Program-made: the position numbers and the translations under genes
In this document: one piece after another, positions 52,857 through 62,200 of the stretch
Layout of the letters: every line of letters begins with the position of its first letter
Numbering within the stretch: position 1 is the stretch's first letter
From: a virus
Length of the DNA: 64,000 nucleotides
Virus record (IMG/VR): IMGVR_UViG_3300045988_107526
Location: 10,119-74,118 of that record
Reading direction: 5' to 3' (one strand)
The notes under the pieces: generated by a model
What the model was told of the DNA's origin: nothing
The model's database searches: none
Seen by the model: only the letters and a program-made list of their open reading frames with translations

Positions 52857-52906
52857 GTGGGGAGGGGCGTAAGCCCCGTGGGGGCGCTGCCCCCTTATCT
52901 CCCCAC
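52857..52906. repeat. GC-rich nested-hairpin element, copy 1
   Basis: Outer stem GTGGGGAG/CTCCCCAC encloses GGGC-GTAA-GCCC and GGGGGC-GCT-GCCCCC. 29 nt are identical to copy 2. Confidence 0.7.
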
Positions 52907-52914
52907 ATTGTTAC

Positions 52915-53337
52915 TTACCATTCATTACTCATTTCATACACCCAATATAAACCTTCATGTTGTAGGGAGTACTCTTCTGCCTTTTCTCTTGTGTCGAATT
53001 GTGCAACAACTTCGGGTTTTCTGTCTGGTTCGCATACGTAGTCTTTCACTACTATGTAGTCCTTCATGCACTTGCCTTCATCTTTGAACACTCCAAAGTA
53101 TTGTTCGTAATCTTTGAACACAAGTGCATCAACAAGTTTACCTCTGTACATTACAGGGAACTTCCCTATAAACGGATATTCTCCCCAAAACTCTTTGATG
53201 TACTCATCATTGTCTTCATATCCTTGAGGGTAAACATCGTCTTCGTCTAAAATTACGTAACCTTCTTCTGTATATAGAAGGTCACAAATGTAATAATCTG
53301 CTAACTTTGCCATAGTTGTTGTTAAAATGTTATACAT
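52915..53337 (-). CDS. Hypothetical protein, 140 aa (first gene of early operon 2)
   Basis: ORF after a ~300-nt leader. Confidence 0.5.
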   Translation of the reverse strand: MYNILTTTMAKLADYYICDLLYTEEGYVILDEDDVYPQGYEDNDEYIKEFWGEYPFIGKFPVMYRGKLVDALVFKDYEQYFGVFKDEGKCMKDYIVVKDYVCEPDRKPEVVAQFDTREKAEEYSLQHEGLYWVYEMSNEW

Positions 53338-53641
53338 TAAAGTGCAGGTGTACGTTTGCTCCCAACGTCTGCAAGTCTTATGCAGCCTAACTCCCTTCGT
53401 TTAACGTCCGTGGGTTGACGTGTTTCCTTATTTAGAGTTGATAACACTCAACTGAGTTTGCCTACTTCTCTGTAGTCCTTTTTTAACGACCAAAAAAGGC
53501 TAAACGAAACTGACGTTGTTCGCTACGATGTTTGAAGAGTTCTATCTCTCTGACTTTCCCGACTAATCTGTACTTTTATAGAGGTAGTTAAACGTGAAGT
53601 TCTAAACGTGCCATCGTTCCTCTAAAATCAAACTAACTTGA

Positions 53642-53682
53642 TTTCGAGTGCAAAGATAAGCATTTATGCTATATTCTCCAAA
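53642..53682 (-). promoter_or_regulatory. Leftward early promoter TTTG-N20-TATCTTTGCACTCGAAA
   Basis: Minus-strand -7 box at 53658-53651 and -33 at 53682-53679. The 17-mer is identical to the one at 42673-42657. Confidence 0.55.
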
Positions 53683-53817
53683 TTTAGTTATGTTTATTAA
53701 CGATATTTTACACAAAAGTATAGCATTTAAACATAACTTTGCACTTTTAAATAGCTTTTGCGCTATATTTATGCGTTAAAATAAGTAATAGTTATTGTTA
53801 TATGCTATATTTTTATT

Positions 53818-53825
53818 ATCTTTGC
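53818..53825 (+). promoter_or_regulatory. -7 box TATCTTTG 16 nt before ATG of the XRE gene (near-leaderless)
   Basis: TAnnTTTG at 53818-53825. ATG at 53842. Confidence 0.45.
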
Positions 53826-53841
53826 CACAAAAAATAGAATT

Positions 53842-54141
53842 ATGGTACAATTGAGAATAAAAGAGTGCTTAAAAGCACATGGGATGCAGCAAAAAGATTT
53901 GGCTAAAGGTATGGGTATTGAGCCTATATCACTTAGCCAAATGTTGGCTCGCAAAAAGTTTGGTATTGATAGGCTTGAACAAATGGCAAAGATAATCGGC
54001 TGCAAGGTGTCTGAACTCTTCGAGGAGGATAGCAAAGAAGGCTTTGCTAGCTATATCCGCTACAAGGGCATCCATTATACTGCCGATACATTGGAGGAGT
54101 TCTTCAAGCAAGTTGATGAGTTAAGGATTATAGCGAAATGA
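53842..54141 (+). CDS. XRE-family HTH regulator, 99 aa
   Basis: HTH MQQKDLAKGMGIEPISLSQMLARKK. Divergent from early operon 2. Confidence 0.65.
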   Translation: MVQLRIKECLKAHGMQQKDLAKGMGIEPISLSQMLARKKFGIDRLEQMAKIIGCKVSELFEEDSKEGFASYIRYKGIHYTADTLEEFFKQVDELRIIAK

Positions 54142-54344
54142 TTATAGTCCAAATTATCATGTGGCTCGCCTTCGGTGCAGTCTCACTCGTTTGTATAGCC
54201 TATCTCTTTAATGTATTCGGGAAGGTGGAGGAACATAAGAAACCATTCACGAAGTATGCTGAGTGGCTCTTACAACTGCTCATCGTGGTGTGCTACCTGT
54301 ATTCGGTGTACACCTTCGGCAAGTGGCTGAAAGGCTTGTGGTGA
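54138..54344 (+). CDS. Small two-helix membrane protein, 68 aa
   Basis: ATGA overlap with the XRE gene. Two hydrophobic helices. Confidence 0.5.
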   Translation: MIIVQIIMWLAFGAVSLVCIAYLFNVFGKVEEHKKPFTKYAEWLLQLLIVVCYLYSVYTFGKWLKGLW

Positions 54345-54412
54345 GGGCGCTAGCCCCACAGGGCATGGGGAGGGCGCTTGCGCCCGTGGGGGCGCTGCCC
54401 CCTTATCTCCCC
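54341..54412. repeat. GC-rich nested-hairpin element, copy 2 (with an extra 5' hairpin)
   Basis: GGGC-GCTA-GCCC sits at the stop codon. Then outer stem GGGGAG/CTCCCC encloses GGGCGC-TT-GCGCCC and GGGGGC-GCT-GCCCCC. Confidence 0.7.
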
Positions 54413-54561
54413 CGAGGATTCTTCACTCTCACCCATAAGGTATGAACACACAAGAGAACAGAGAGAGTACAGAGAGAGAAAACAATTTCCCTAACTAGGA
54501 AAAAATATTTATCCAACTAGGAAAATAGAAAAGCACAATTCCCGGTACTTGGTACGGAGGA

Positions 54562-54620
54562 GGTCTTGGCTCATCACATTGGTCTATTTTGGTCTATTTT
54601 GGTCTTAATCCTAGATGAGC
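54562..54620. repeat. Iteron-like direct repeats (TTGGTCT x3 at 10-bp period, plus one GGTCT) bracketed by 7-bp inverted repeat
   Basis: TTGGTCT at 54579, 54589 and 54599, and GGTCT at 54562. GCTCATC at 54569-54575 pairs with GATGAGC at 54614-54620. Confidence 0.8.
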
Positions 54621-55120
54621 GCATTATCCGGCACAAAACCATGAAACCTACGAAAAACCCACAAAATCGGCTATAATCTGCCCAAAAATGGCTCTTAAAC
54701 GGCTCAAAACTCACGAATTTGGGAGAAATCCCGAACAACTGCCCGAAAATCGCAAAAATCGGAAGAAATGAGCGAGTTTAGCGTTGATTGTGGGTGTAAA
54801 CAATTCAAGAAGGCTGAATACGGCTAGTTAAAGTTTGCTAACGAACTCCTTGCGTGCGTGCGTACCTATTAATGCAAAACCACTTTTTTGTTTGCAAAGA
54901 ATCTTCTTTTATGAAATAAGAACTTTCTTTACACTATGGCTTTATCGATCCTATGGGACGATTGAGACTAACTTGCTTATAATTAGCCACTTGTCTTTTC
55001 TTTACAAAAATCACGTTTTATTACAAAATTGGTCTTCTAGATGGCGAAATGAGAGGAGGAAAAGGGTGGATTGCGCCCCGATAAAGAAATTGGTGGGATT
55101 TTGGGCGATTTTGAACGAGG

Positions 55121-55161
55121 TTGGAACACGGCAAAATGGAACTTCAAATATTATATATTTG
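55121..55161 (+). promoter_or_regulatory. Late promoter module: TTGGAACACGGCAAA-N18-TATATTTG
   Basis: Exact 15-mer at 55121-55135 and -7 box at 55154-55161, giving a 33-nt offset. 27 nt to the ATG at 55189. Confidence 0.65.
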
Positions 55162-55188
55162 CCCTCGAAACATCAAATAATTGCAATT

Positions 55189-55956
55189 ATGACGGAAATA
55201 TTATCAAAAATCCCAAAGCATTTGACCTCTTGCCCTGTTCTCACGGACAAGAAAGAATGGGTCTTAGGTGCTGCTTCCTTGGCTCTTGGTGTTGGCTCCT
55301 CTATTTTCGGTGCTAACAAGGCTAAGAGGGCGGCTAGAAGGGCAGCAGCCGAGAATAAGTACAGAACGAACGCTGAGAAGGCTTGGTACGACAAAAACTA
55401 CAATACGGACTACCTTGACACGAAAGCCGGTCAGAACCTCATGAGAAGGGCGAAGGAAGTACAGGACGAGTATGTTCGCAAGGCTGATGGTGCTGCTGCC
55501 GTTGGCGGTGGAACTGCTGCAAGTGTGGCGATGGCGAAGGAGGCTGCTAACAAGGCTATGGGCGACACTATAGCCAATATCGCTGCACAGGACACGTCTC
55601 GAAAGCAGCATGTGGAGGATGTTCACCTTCAGAACACTCAGCAGTTGTCTAGAGAACGTCAGCAAATCGAGCAGCAGAAGGCGCAAGCCACTAGCGATGC
55701 GGCTCAAAATGCGTCAAATGCTATGTTTAATTTCGGTGTGAACCAATTGGGGTCAGAACTAGAAGGTGCTAAAGCGGTGAAAACCAACGCTTTAGGCTCA
55801 AATGGAAGTGGAAGTGGTAACACAAATGTATCACACACCATGAATGAGACCGCTCGTTCTGCTGCAAGCGACCATTTGGCTGAAAGCATGATGTCTCCCG
55901 AGGAGAAGAACCAATACCGCTTGAAGAAGGCAGTTGGCTTGTCGGGGCTTGGGTAG
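55189..55956 (+). CDS. Hypothetical virion/ejection-type protein with one TM helix, 255 aa
   Basis: ATG at 55189 follows the late promoter. The track ORF from 54835 would run through the promoter. Helix WVLGAASLALGVGSSIFGA, then an Ala/Gln-rich helical region. Confidence 0.55.
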   Translation: MTEILSKIPKHLTSCPVLTDKKEWVLGAASLALGVGSSIFGANKAKRAARRAAAENKYRTNAEKAWYDKNYNTDYLDTKAGQNLMRRAKEVQDEYVRKADGAAAVGGGTAASVAMAKEAANKAMGDTIANIAAQDTSRKQHVEDVHLQNTQQLSRERQQIEQQKAQATSDAAQNASNAMFNFGVNQLGSELEGAKAVKTNALGSNGSGSGNTNVSHTMNETARSAASDHLAESMMSPEEKNQYRLKKAVGLSGLG

Positions 55957-56179
55957 CAGCCGGAAGGTGGAGCGGATGAGCGACAGGCAAGGTGGACGAG
56001 GCACAACAGGCGACCCCAAGACCCCCACCCCCTTTGACCACCGTCGCAAATTATAGTAGAATAATACAAATAAAGAAATTCTGCCTCCCCCCCCACCCCC
56101 TTTTTCTGAATTTCGGTTTTCCGATTTTCCCTACCCCTGAATTTTCGGGAAGTGTTAATGAAGTTAAAACATAAAGATT

Positions 56180-56464
56180 ATGAATAGATTTCAGAGTTTT
56201 ATAAAGCGAATTGGCGGTGAAGACAAAGTATTGCACTTTGAGACTTGTTGCCTGATCACGATGGTTGTTGCTCTTTTGAATATGAATGTGCTTGGTCTTG
56301 GTATTTCAGTTTCGGCTGTATTAGCTTGCATGATAGCAATTATTGCCGGCATATTGAAGGAGGCATACGACTATTACACATACGGCTTGTTTGACAACAA
56401 GGATATTGTAGCAGATGTGTTAGGAGCATTTGCTGGTTTATTAATCATTATTTTAATTGGATAG
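56180..56464 (+). CDS. VanZ-like small membrane protein, 94 aa
   Basis: EDKVLHFE..., LKEAYD... and DIVADVLGAFAG follow the VanZ pattern. Confidence 0.45.
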   Translation: MNRFQSFIKRIGGEDKVLHFETCCLITMVVALLNMNVLGLGISVSAVLACMIAIIAGILKEAYDYYTYGLFDNKDIVADVLGAFAGLLIIILIG

Positions 56465-56467
56465 ATT

Positions 56468-57784
56468 ATGACATTAAAAGAAGCAAAAAAGATATTGAAG
56501 AAGGAAGGTTTTTACGTTGAAAAAGCTATTATACCTTATGCTGTTAGCGATTCTTTTACCGAATACGAGGATCCTACAATATGTGAAGCCATTCAGGTTG
56601 TTAATTCTGCCGGTTATGGTGTCAGTATGGAATCGAGCCGCTTTGATGAGCGTAAGGCTCGCCTGAAGAAGGAGCATGAAAATCATGCTAACGCTTCTGA
56701 TAAGATGGGTATGACGCTAAAAGAGGCAAAAGATATATTGAAGAAAGAGTTTGCAGTGATTGGTCTTCACAAGTCAACAGAGCCATTTGAGTTTGACGAG
56801 AGTAGATGGATTGAGCATGAGAAGCCTTCTGTGCTTGAAGCTTTTCGTGTTTTATCCAAGGAAGGTTATTATATAACCATTAGCGCACATGATTACAATA
56901 TGCGTGAGAATCGTTTGAAGAAGGAGTACGAAGAGAATACCAAGGCTCCCGGTCCTGGTGAAGAGCAACCAAAGGAAGGCAACCCTGCCCTTGCAGAAGC
57001 AGCCTCCCAGTTCAACGATGCCTTGTTGGATGAACAGGCAAAGAAGATTAAGCATCTCACTAAAAAGATTGCCCGACTCAACAAGATTATTCACAAGAAG
57101 AACGAGGAACTTCGCCTTACAAAGATTCGTGAGAAGAATCTTGCCGAGTTAGGTCTTAAGTATGTTGGGGAGAATGAGGAGTTAAAGAAGAAGCTTGCCG
57201 ACAAGGTTGTTGACAAGATTGACGCTCAGGCTTTGAAGAGTGCCGAGAGTGCTCTCGCTTACAAAGAGAAGGTGATTGCAGAGAAGGATGAGGTGATTGC
57301 CGACTTGGGTAATGAACTGGCGGCTACCAAGAAGGAGTTGGAGGAGAAGACAAATCTGGTTGAAATGGTTCGCAAAGGTTCTAAGGAGTATCGTGAATAT
57401 GGTATTGCTGCTCTAAGTATGATTCGGAAGATGGCAAAGGTTATTGTCAATGGAGGACCAGTCTCCTCAAAAGACTTCAAAGAATATCGCCGCTTAGCGA
57501 ATGGCTACAGTTTCAATCCTCAGCTTCCTGATTTTAGCGAGGAAGAGGAGAAGAAGCTTTCTCCTGTCAAAGATGATAATTCTCATGGAGACGTTACAAA
57601 CCAGAAAGATTGTTCTCCTGCCAAAGACACTCATCCTACTGAGGATAACCCTGAGGAGGTTGAGTTGGATGAAATTCTGGAGTGTGTTCGTAAGGCTCTA
57701 GAGGAAGGACATACGGTTTCTATTAAATATGATGAAGCAGATGAAGGTAGAGGCCATTATGTAACATGGGAAAGTAATATTTGA
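56468..57784 (+). CDS. Hypothetical protein with duplicated ~80-aa N-terminal module and coiled coil, 438 aa
   Basis: MTLKEAKKILKKEGF...RLKKEHEN is repeated as MTLKEAKDILKKEFA...RLKKEYEEN. Confidence 0.6.
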   Translation: MTLKEAKKILKKEGFYVEKAIIPYAVSDSFTEYEDPTICEAIQVVNSAGYGVSMESSRFDERKARLKKEHENHANASDKMGMTLKEAKDILKKEFAVIGLHKSTEPFEFDESRWIEHEKPSVLEAFRVLSKEGYYITISAHDYNMRENRLKKEYEENTKAPGPGEEQPKEGNPALAEAASQFNDALLDEQAKKIKHLTKKIARLNKIIHKKNEELRLTKIREKNLAELGLKYVGENEELKKKLADKVVDKIDAQALKSAESALAYKEKVIAEKDEVIADLGNELAATKKELEEKTNLVEMVRKGSKEYREYGIAALSMIRKMAKVIVNGGPVSSKDFKEYRRLANGYSFNPQLPDFSEEEEKKLSPVKDDNSHGDVTNQKDCSPAKDTHPTEDNPEEVELDEILECVRKALEEGHTVSIKYDEADEGRGHYVTWESNI

Positions 57785-57808
57785 TTTATTTAAGGAAATC
57801 AAACGCTT

Positions 57809-59227
57809 ATGACAGTAAACAATAATCAGAATACGCAGCAGCCTAGGAAGAAGCCGGTAACTATCGGCGGCTATCCTGATGCTGTGCATGACCTGATGAG
57901 GGCGAAATATCCCGATTATGATCAGGTGATGAATGGAGGAAACGGAGGAGCCGCGGGGGTAAATGGCGGTGCTGGCGTTAACTTCTTCGGGAATGGCGGT
58001 GGTGCTACCGGTAAGTTTGAGGCTCAGCCTGTTCAGACTGGTGCAGCACCTATTACAGACTTCACTAAGATGCCTAAGCAGGAAGAGTTCGTTCCGCAGG
58101 GAAGCGGTAATGCTAACCCTAACTTGGGACCAGTACAGACTCCTTATATGGGCGATGCAGCAGAGAATACTCCTCAGCCTCAGAGCAATTTTGAGGGAAT
58201 GCCGAAGCCTTCTACTGGTTGGAATGCTGACGGAACACCTCGCTATGATACGCTTTCTACTGCTCTGAGCGGATTTCAGATGCCGAAGGAACAGAAGGTT
58301 CCAGAGTTTGAGGCTGACCCTAAACAGAGGGATGGCGGCTTTTTCAGTTGGCTCGGCAAGATTATTCCGAAGAGCAGACCGGGAATGCGTGAGGGCGAGA
58401 CTCCTGACGAATATGACCGCAGAATCACTACCAACAGAGAGCGTATTGCAGCCTTTGCCGATGCTATCCGACACATGGCTAACATCGTGAATACTTCCAA
58501 GGGTGCGCCTCTGCAGCAGTTCAACGACCCTACTGCCATGATGGAACAGGGTTATCAGAACCGCAAGGCTCAGAGACAGAGACAGGCTGCCCTTGATGCG
58601 GATGCTGCCTATAAGCAGGCAAATCTCGACCTAGATAACCGAAAAGCACAGGCTGATCAGGTTTATAAGGAGTATCTTATGGGTCTTCGTGGTGAGGGTA
58701 ATCAGCTTGCCAAGGATAAGTTTGAGTACCGAAAAGGAAAGGATGCTGCAGCTGACCAGTATAAGAAGGATAAGGATAAGCGTGACTTCGAGTATAAGAA
58801 GGAGCGTGACAAGGTGAAGGATGAGCAGGCTAGGCAGCGTCTGGCTATTCAGCAGTACAACGCAACCCATAAGGGGCGTGGCGGCGGTGGACGGTCAGGC
58901 AAGAGCGGTAGCGGCTCGGTAGCCAAGTACTGGTTTGAGGATAAGAACGGCAAGATGCGCTATCAGCCTAACAAGACCATGTGGGAACAGGAGTACTACC
59001 GTGAATACGGCAAGCTTCCGCAGGGCGAGACTTCTACTTCTACCAGTACGAAGACCATCAATCCGAAGACTGGCGCAGAGGTAACGACCACCACAAGAAG
59101 AAAGGGTGCATCTGTTACCAGTCAGGCAGCAGCTTCGCAGAATGCGGCTAGGAATGCGAGAAACAGACCGAAGCCTACCGGCAAGTCGAAGAACGGCTAT
59201 AAGAATACAAAGAAACTTGGATTATAA
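57809..59227 (+). CDS. Hypothetical low-complexity basic protein (possible internal virion protein), 472 aa
   Basis: Gly/Asn-rich N-terminus, K/R/D/Q-rich helical middle and an RGGGGRSGKSGSGS stretch. Confidence 0.55.
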   Translation: MTVNNNQNTQQPRKKPVTIGGYPDAVHDLMRAKYPDYDQVMNGGNGGAAGVNGGAGVNFFGNGGGATGKFEAQPVQTGAAPITDFTKMPKQEEFVPQGSGNANPNLGPVQTPYMGDAAENTPQPQSNFEGMPKPSTGWNADGTPRYDTLSTALSGFQMPKEQKVPEFEADPKQRDGGFFSWLGKIIPKSRPGMREGETPDEYDRRITTNRERIAAFADAIRHMANIVNTSKGAPLQQFNDPTAMMEQGYQNRKAQRQRQAALDADAAYKQANLDLDNRKAQADQVYKEYLMGLRGEGNQLAKDKFEYRKGKDAAADQYKKDKDKRDFEYKKERDKVKDEQARQRLAIQQYNATHKGRGGGGRSGKSGSGSVAKYWFEDKNGKMRYQPNKTMWEQEYYREYGKLPQGETSTSTSTKTINPKTGAEVTTTTRRKGASVTSQAAASQNAARNARNRPKPTGKSKNGYKNTKKLGL

Positions 59228-59244
59228 ACATTAATATATAATAT

Positions 59245-62200
59245 ATGGCTGGAGATAAATTTGACCAACTTTATAACGCCTTGAAAGCAGATGGCGCAGT
59301 ATCGGGAACTAGAGAACATTTCAGACAGTTCGTGTATGCGCCTGGCAAGCAGGGCTATCATAACAGAAAGCAGCTCTATGATGCACTTCACGCAGACGGT
59401 GCTGTTTCCAGTAATTCGTATGAGGAGTTTGCGCAGCGACTCGGACTTCATGCAGTAAATCCGAAGACTCAGCAGCAGAAGCCAGTTCAGCCTGTCAAGA
59501 AACTAACGATGAAGCAGAGAGCGCAGGAAGTGGCAGCTCAGTATCGGAAGCCAAGGCAGCAGAATGCTCAGCAGCCTAGAACGGCTACTGTTTCGGGAAC
59601 AGACTACATGCAGAATTGGAAGCTGGCGCACATGCGCAACGACCAGATGAACCCGATGCAGCAGGCTCAGGCTAGCAATATGCGCGCGCGCATGCAAGGA
59701 GCACAAGAGCAGTCTGCACGTCAGGAGCAGCAGAGAGCAACCCCTATCAGCAGAAGCAGAATAACCCCTACTGCCAAGAACTTCAACGAGACGATGCAGC
59801 AGCTTTCTACTCCTGAAGCTAGACAGGCTAGAGCCAAGCAGCAGAGAGAGGACGATGCTAGAGCATTCGCCCAGTATGAGGTGGAGGGTAACAAGTTCGT
59901 AAGAAATGACGGCCAGTCCGAAGGTATTTTGGGTAATGATCTGCTCGAACTGGTAGATTCTTCCATGAATGAGGCACAGGAATTGACACGTCAGCAGTAT
60001 CAGCAGAACCTTGACAAGATGGGCGGTATCTATGCGCCTCAGTCGGTAAAGGAACAGGCTTTCCGTGATGCTCAGACGCAGGAACAGGTGAACCGCCAGA
60101 ACGTTCTGATGAACAATCTCAGCAGCAAAATCAACGAGATTTACTCGCAGAAGGGAATGCAGCGCCATATTGCCGAGAGCGCAGATAAACTGAACATGAG
60201 TGTGGAGGAATACGTGGACAAATACGTTACTCCAGAGATTATGAACTATGCTCAGAAGGCTCTGACTATGCGTAATCAGGAGGAAATCATGCCTCATGGT
60301 GCGCTTGACTATATTGCCAAAAACCTTAGCAACTCTATTATCGGTATGGTGGTGGCTTCATCTGTGATGTCTAGAGATACCAGACAGAGATTGCAGGAAG
60401 GTATTGCTATTGCTGATGGTGATGCGGAGATTCAGAAGGTTGCCGGTCACAAGGATGAAACCTACCGATCGGGAATCGGTACGAGATTCGCATCTACTGC
60501 TGTAAACATGGCTGCTGATTCCGGTCCACTCGCTGTAATCGGTGCTGGTGCAAGTGCTGCCGTGAATACAGGAACCCGTGTTCTGACTAACGGACTGGTG
60601 AAGGCTGGCGTTATGAAGGCGGCGCAGAAGCTTACAGCCCAACAGATGGCTTTCAAGGTTGCAAACATGACAACCGCACAGAAAATCATGTCTGGCTTGG
60701 GTACTAGAACGGCTACAAGTTCACTGAACCTTGCAGGATATTCGGGTGTGACAGCTGCTTTGAGTCAGGCTTCTACGGGCGATGATACTTCATTGCAGGC
60801 TATCGCTGAGGCTGGTCTGAAAGGTGCTGAGCATGGAGCGGTAACTGGTGCTATGTTCGGTGTATCTGGTGCTGTGATGTCTCCTTGGGTTTCCAAGTTC
60901 GGAATCACCGGAATGGAAAAGAGTACTGGAGATCGGTTGCTTCATGGCGCACAGAAGTTTGGTGCTACGGCTGCCGGTCTGGGCGTTGAGGCTGGAACCA
61001 TGATGGTTGCCGACAACGTGACCGGTGATAAGGATATTTCCTTCGGTACTTGGCTGGAAGATGTTGTGATGGTTGGCGCATTCAAGGCTGGCGAGCCTAG
61101 CAACTTCGTGAAGATGGGCAACATTCTGCATCATCTTACTCATAATAGCGGTGGTAATTTCGTGATTGGCAAGAACGCCAACGGCTCCACTATCGCCGTG
61201 GATATTCGTCTGACTCCTGATGAGAAGAACGAGCTGATTTCTTCTGCATCGGGCAAGAATCTGATGGATGCCTTTACAAAGGTGGACCGTGCATCGAAGA
61301 CAGCTCCAAGAGACCCGAAGTATAAGACCGCATATACGGATTTTATGAACGACCCAGACGTTTCTCAGAGCACCAAAGAGAAGGTGAATGCGGCCATGGG
61401 CTTGTTTAACACTACAAGAGGCAAAAGCTACCGAAGTGTGAACGACGTGAAAAACAAGAAGATTCTGGAATACACCAAGAACGGAACGCTGCTTACACGT
61501 ACCTCTTATAAGAATGCCGATGAGCGAAGAGCTATTCTTTACAAGCAGAAGCTTTATCGTGATAATGACGATATGATGTCTCTGATTGGCTATTCCAAGA
61601 TGAAGGATATGCAGTTGACTGATGAGGACGGAAATGTTACCAGTCTGGCACTTGGCTTCCTCCGTAAAAACGGCTATGACACAAGCAAGGATGTTAAAGA
61701 CCCGATAAACGCCAAGTTGATTAACGACTTGCGCAACCCGAAGAGTGCGCTCTATCTTGATTGGGAGAAGTATGTGGACGTTTACGGTTCGTATGGAGAT
61801 CTCAGATCAGAAAGCATAGGTATTACTAATAACTTCATGGCTTCTATCAAAGAACTTCTTGGTAAAGAAGGAAGCATTTTAATTGATATTGACAAAATCA
61901 TGCGCAAAGACCCTATGAAGCGCACCGACCAGGAGAACAAAATCTTCTATTATGTGAAGAGCGAGCTTGAAAACAGACTTTTTCCTAGCGGAAAGCCACA
62001 CGCAGACCAGTCTGCCAGCCAAGGTAAGACGGTTGCCGAGGAGCATAGTCTGGGTACAGATAACCCGGATAGCGGAGTTGTAATTGATGAGTTGCGTAAC
62101 CTTCGAAATGCAGAACAGGCGGTTGATGCAGCAATGGATAGCAATGATGTATTCAAGCAGACCTTTGAGAAATTGCACCAGCAGGGCTTGACACCTGCAC

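Noticed and set aside
52809-53087. Plus-strand ORFs 52809-53087 and 54263-54445 sharing the peptide PVGALPPYLP
   Set aside because: The shared peptide is just the translation of the GC-rich nested-hairpin repeat. One ORF is antisense to a well-packed operon.
52857-54412. CRISPR array formed by the GC-rich repeats
   Set aside because: There are only two copies, 1.5 kb apart and separated by genes, with no regular spacer architecture and no cas genes.
54835-55188. N-terminal 118 codons of the track ORF 54835-55956
   Set aside because: This extension uses a TTG start and runs through the repeat-rich non-coding region and the late promoter module. The ATG at 55189 has the same box-to-ATG spacing as the other late genes.
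55231-55252. Third partial copy of the CTCACGGAC hairpin core (CCTGTTCTCACGGACAAGAAAG)
   Set aside because: It lies on the plus strand inside the 55189-55956 coding region. It lacks the complementary 3' arm and matches only 9-10 nt, so it is probably coincidental.
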